Under the pieces are notes generated by a model. The model saw only the letters and a list, made by a program, of their open reading frames with translations, was not told the origin of the DNA and did no database searches. The translations under genes and the position numbers were made by a program. A stretch of DNA of 24,236 bases. Source: Salpingoeca rosetta (lineage: Eukaryota; Protista; Choanoflagellata). Positions 22,801 to 24,236 of this stretch are shown here, piece by piece (positions within the stretch are counted from its first letter, which is position 1; every line of letters begins with the position of its first letter). The stretch is from the NCBI GenBank assembly GCA_033442325.1, contig JAWQFM010000033.1, positions 606,540-630,775 of the forward strand. The letters are read 5' to 3'.

Positions 22801-23140
22801 GTGATGCCGGTCTGCTTCTGCTGGCAGGACGAACACGTGTATCATGCAATCCAGCTTGTACTCGACAGACCATGAACACCTGCTGTTTCCGCTTACCCTT
22901 GAGGCCTGCTTTGTGCAACAGCACACTATTCAAGGAACGACAGGCACAGAGCAAACAGAAAGCAAAGAACATGTTGTGTTGTGTTTGAATGAGATCTTGA
23001 GATGCACTGGGCAGGGGAGGGAGTGCGTGTGTGTGTGTGTGTGTGTGTGCTGTGGCCAAGTGAACACGCAACACAGCAGCATGGTCGCATTCCTTTGTAC
23101 GTACTGCGTTGAATGTCGCAGAGCTCATGCTGCCGGACAT
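17904..23140 (-). CDS. Coiled-coil + PD-(D/E)xK REase-like + atypical kinase protein (Crinkler/RHS CR-effector-like), right copy, ~983 aa
   Basis: Hand-built exons on the - strand: 23140-23105 (MSGSMSSATFNA), 22905-22897 (ASR), 22628-22608 (QASRNSV), 22389-22351 (RDLKRTETRVASK), 22206-21075 (coiled-coil), 20697-20576, 20235-20103, 19800-19662, 19485-19001, 18739-17904. All introns are GT-AG and phase-compatible; the total is 2952 nt, in frame to TGA. REase-like motifs: WSNEAEM..IAEHL, FPSEVPI, PKTDIVMV, VAVFELT, LGQLAAY. Kinase motifs: GYVCKFIK, EEIENM, LVHHDIRCANVV, LIDFELAG, DDWIAL. The first four small exons are less certain. A possible further upstream exon is 23821-23753 (MASTRGS...IDEEVV). 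Confidence 0.75.
21346..21560 (-). repeat. Coding 21-nt minisatellite (EEERMRD-like heptads, about 9-10 degenerate units)
   Basis: Translation: EEERMRD EEEKVRD EEERVRD EEERVRE EEERMRE EEKRMRD EDESTGE EEKRMRE EEERRRD EEEWRKK. The left copy has only about two such units. Confidence 0.9.
21791..21857 (-). repeat. Coding 21-nt minisatellite (RQQRMRD x3)
   Basis: Three exact copies of ctgtcgcgcatgcgttgctgc at 21791, 21812 and 21833. It is absent from the left copy. Confidence 0.95.
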
Positions 23141-23660
23141 GGTGTCAGAACAGGACTGGGCCAAGACAAAGGCGGGCACAAAGGCACAGGTAAACAGGAA
23201 CGTGAGCCGCACTGAGGTTGTGTGTGAAGTGAAGATGCACCACACAGAGATATGCACATACACATACACGCATCAACACACACACACACACACTCTCTCT
23301 GTTCTTCCGCACAGGATGCAAAGAGTGGGAAACACAGTAACACAGACGGTGTGGAAAGAAAACGAGGAAGGCGGGAATCGACAACAACAACCAACGTCAG
23401 GGTCGACACACGGGCACAGACGACACAAGACACAAGTGTGTGCTCAATCACTCCAAGGGATGATCGAATGAGCGAGAGAGCAAGATAGAGCGCGTGCGAG
23501 GGAGAGAGCTCGCGAAACAGAAAGACGGAGAAAGCGAGACAGAAAGCGAAAGAGAGACAGAGACTGAGAGACGGAAGGGGAAGGCAGGGGATAGACAATG
23601 AAAGAGAGACTGAGACTGAGAGACACACGACAGCTCTGCACACACACACACACACACACA

Positions 23661-23731
<71 letters not shown>

Positions 23732-24236
23732 CACAGAGCACAGAGCGCATACAACAACCTCTTCGTCGATGCGCCACAGCCCGCCTGACGCCGAATCGAA
23801 GCTGCCTCTCGTGCTTGCCATCCTTCGTGGTTTTCGTGCGGTTGGCTGGTTGGCTCGTGTTGGTTGTACTGGTCAACAGCGAAATTGAATTTCGCGGCGG
23901 GATCACTAAATCACCCTCGAATCTTTTGCAACTTCTTGGGGGGAAAATTTGTTGAAATCTTCCACCATTCCCAGTGCTCAGAGATGAGGGAAGCAATCAA
24001 AACCGAAAGTGTGCTCATTTCAGACAGGCGCTTGCACGAGTGGGTGACTGGGTGATGTGAGGGAGTGAATGTCTGCTACTGAATGCTTGAATGCTATGTG
24101 AGCGGCCCAAAGGCCTCAAGCGTTGACAGACAGAAACCAACAAGATCAATAGAAACCAAGTGTCTCTGTGTGTGTGTGCGTGTGTATGTGTGCGTGTGTG
24201 TATATCTCCTTCGTGTGTGTGTGTGTGTGTGTGTGT

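Larger units (their letters stand above)
17090..24213 (-). repeat. Right arm of the inverted segmental repeat (partner 129-7447)
   Basis: Same alignment as the left arm. This copy has no gaps and supplies the sequence missing in the left-arm N runs. The anchor pairs 5238/19270 and 5464/19044 both sum to 24508, so the 225-N gap has exactly the length of the right-arm segment. Confidence 0.95.

Overview
Intron-rich eukaryotic DNA whose introns are packed with (GT)n/(CA)n microsatellites. This style resembles the choanoflagellate Salpingoeca rosetta, but that is an inference only. The window is a large inverted repeat: a left arm (~129-7447, with two N gaps) and a right arm (~17090-24213) flank a ~9.6 kb unique core. 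The core holds two + strand housekeeping genes, an N-acetylglucosamine-6-sulfatase (GNS-like, 7485-13807) and EB1/MAPRE (14494-16443). Each arm carries a convergently oriented copy of a spliced gene that I assembled by hand from GT-AG sites with consistent phases (983 aa in the right copy). Its architecture is phase-0 micro-exon N-terminus, coiled-coil, PD-(D/E)xK restriction-endonuclease-like domain and atypical protein kinase, like the Crinkler/RHS (CR)-type REase+kinase effectors. The two copies are nearly identical in most exons and introns but differ sharply in the coiled-coil cassette, the micro-exon number and a few clustered sites. A third, diverged fragment of the arm's 5' region lies just inside the right arm (16925-17038). 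The catalytic exon of the sulfatase appears twice in tandem, possibly an assembly artefact. Most ORFs in the supplied track are microsatellite read-through and are not real. All gene models are unverified by transcript data.
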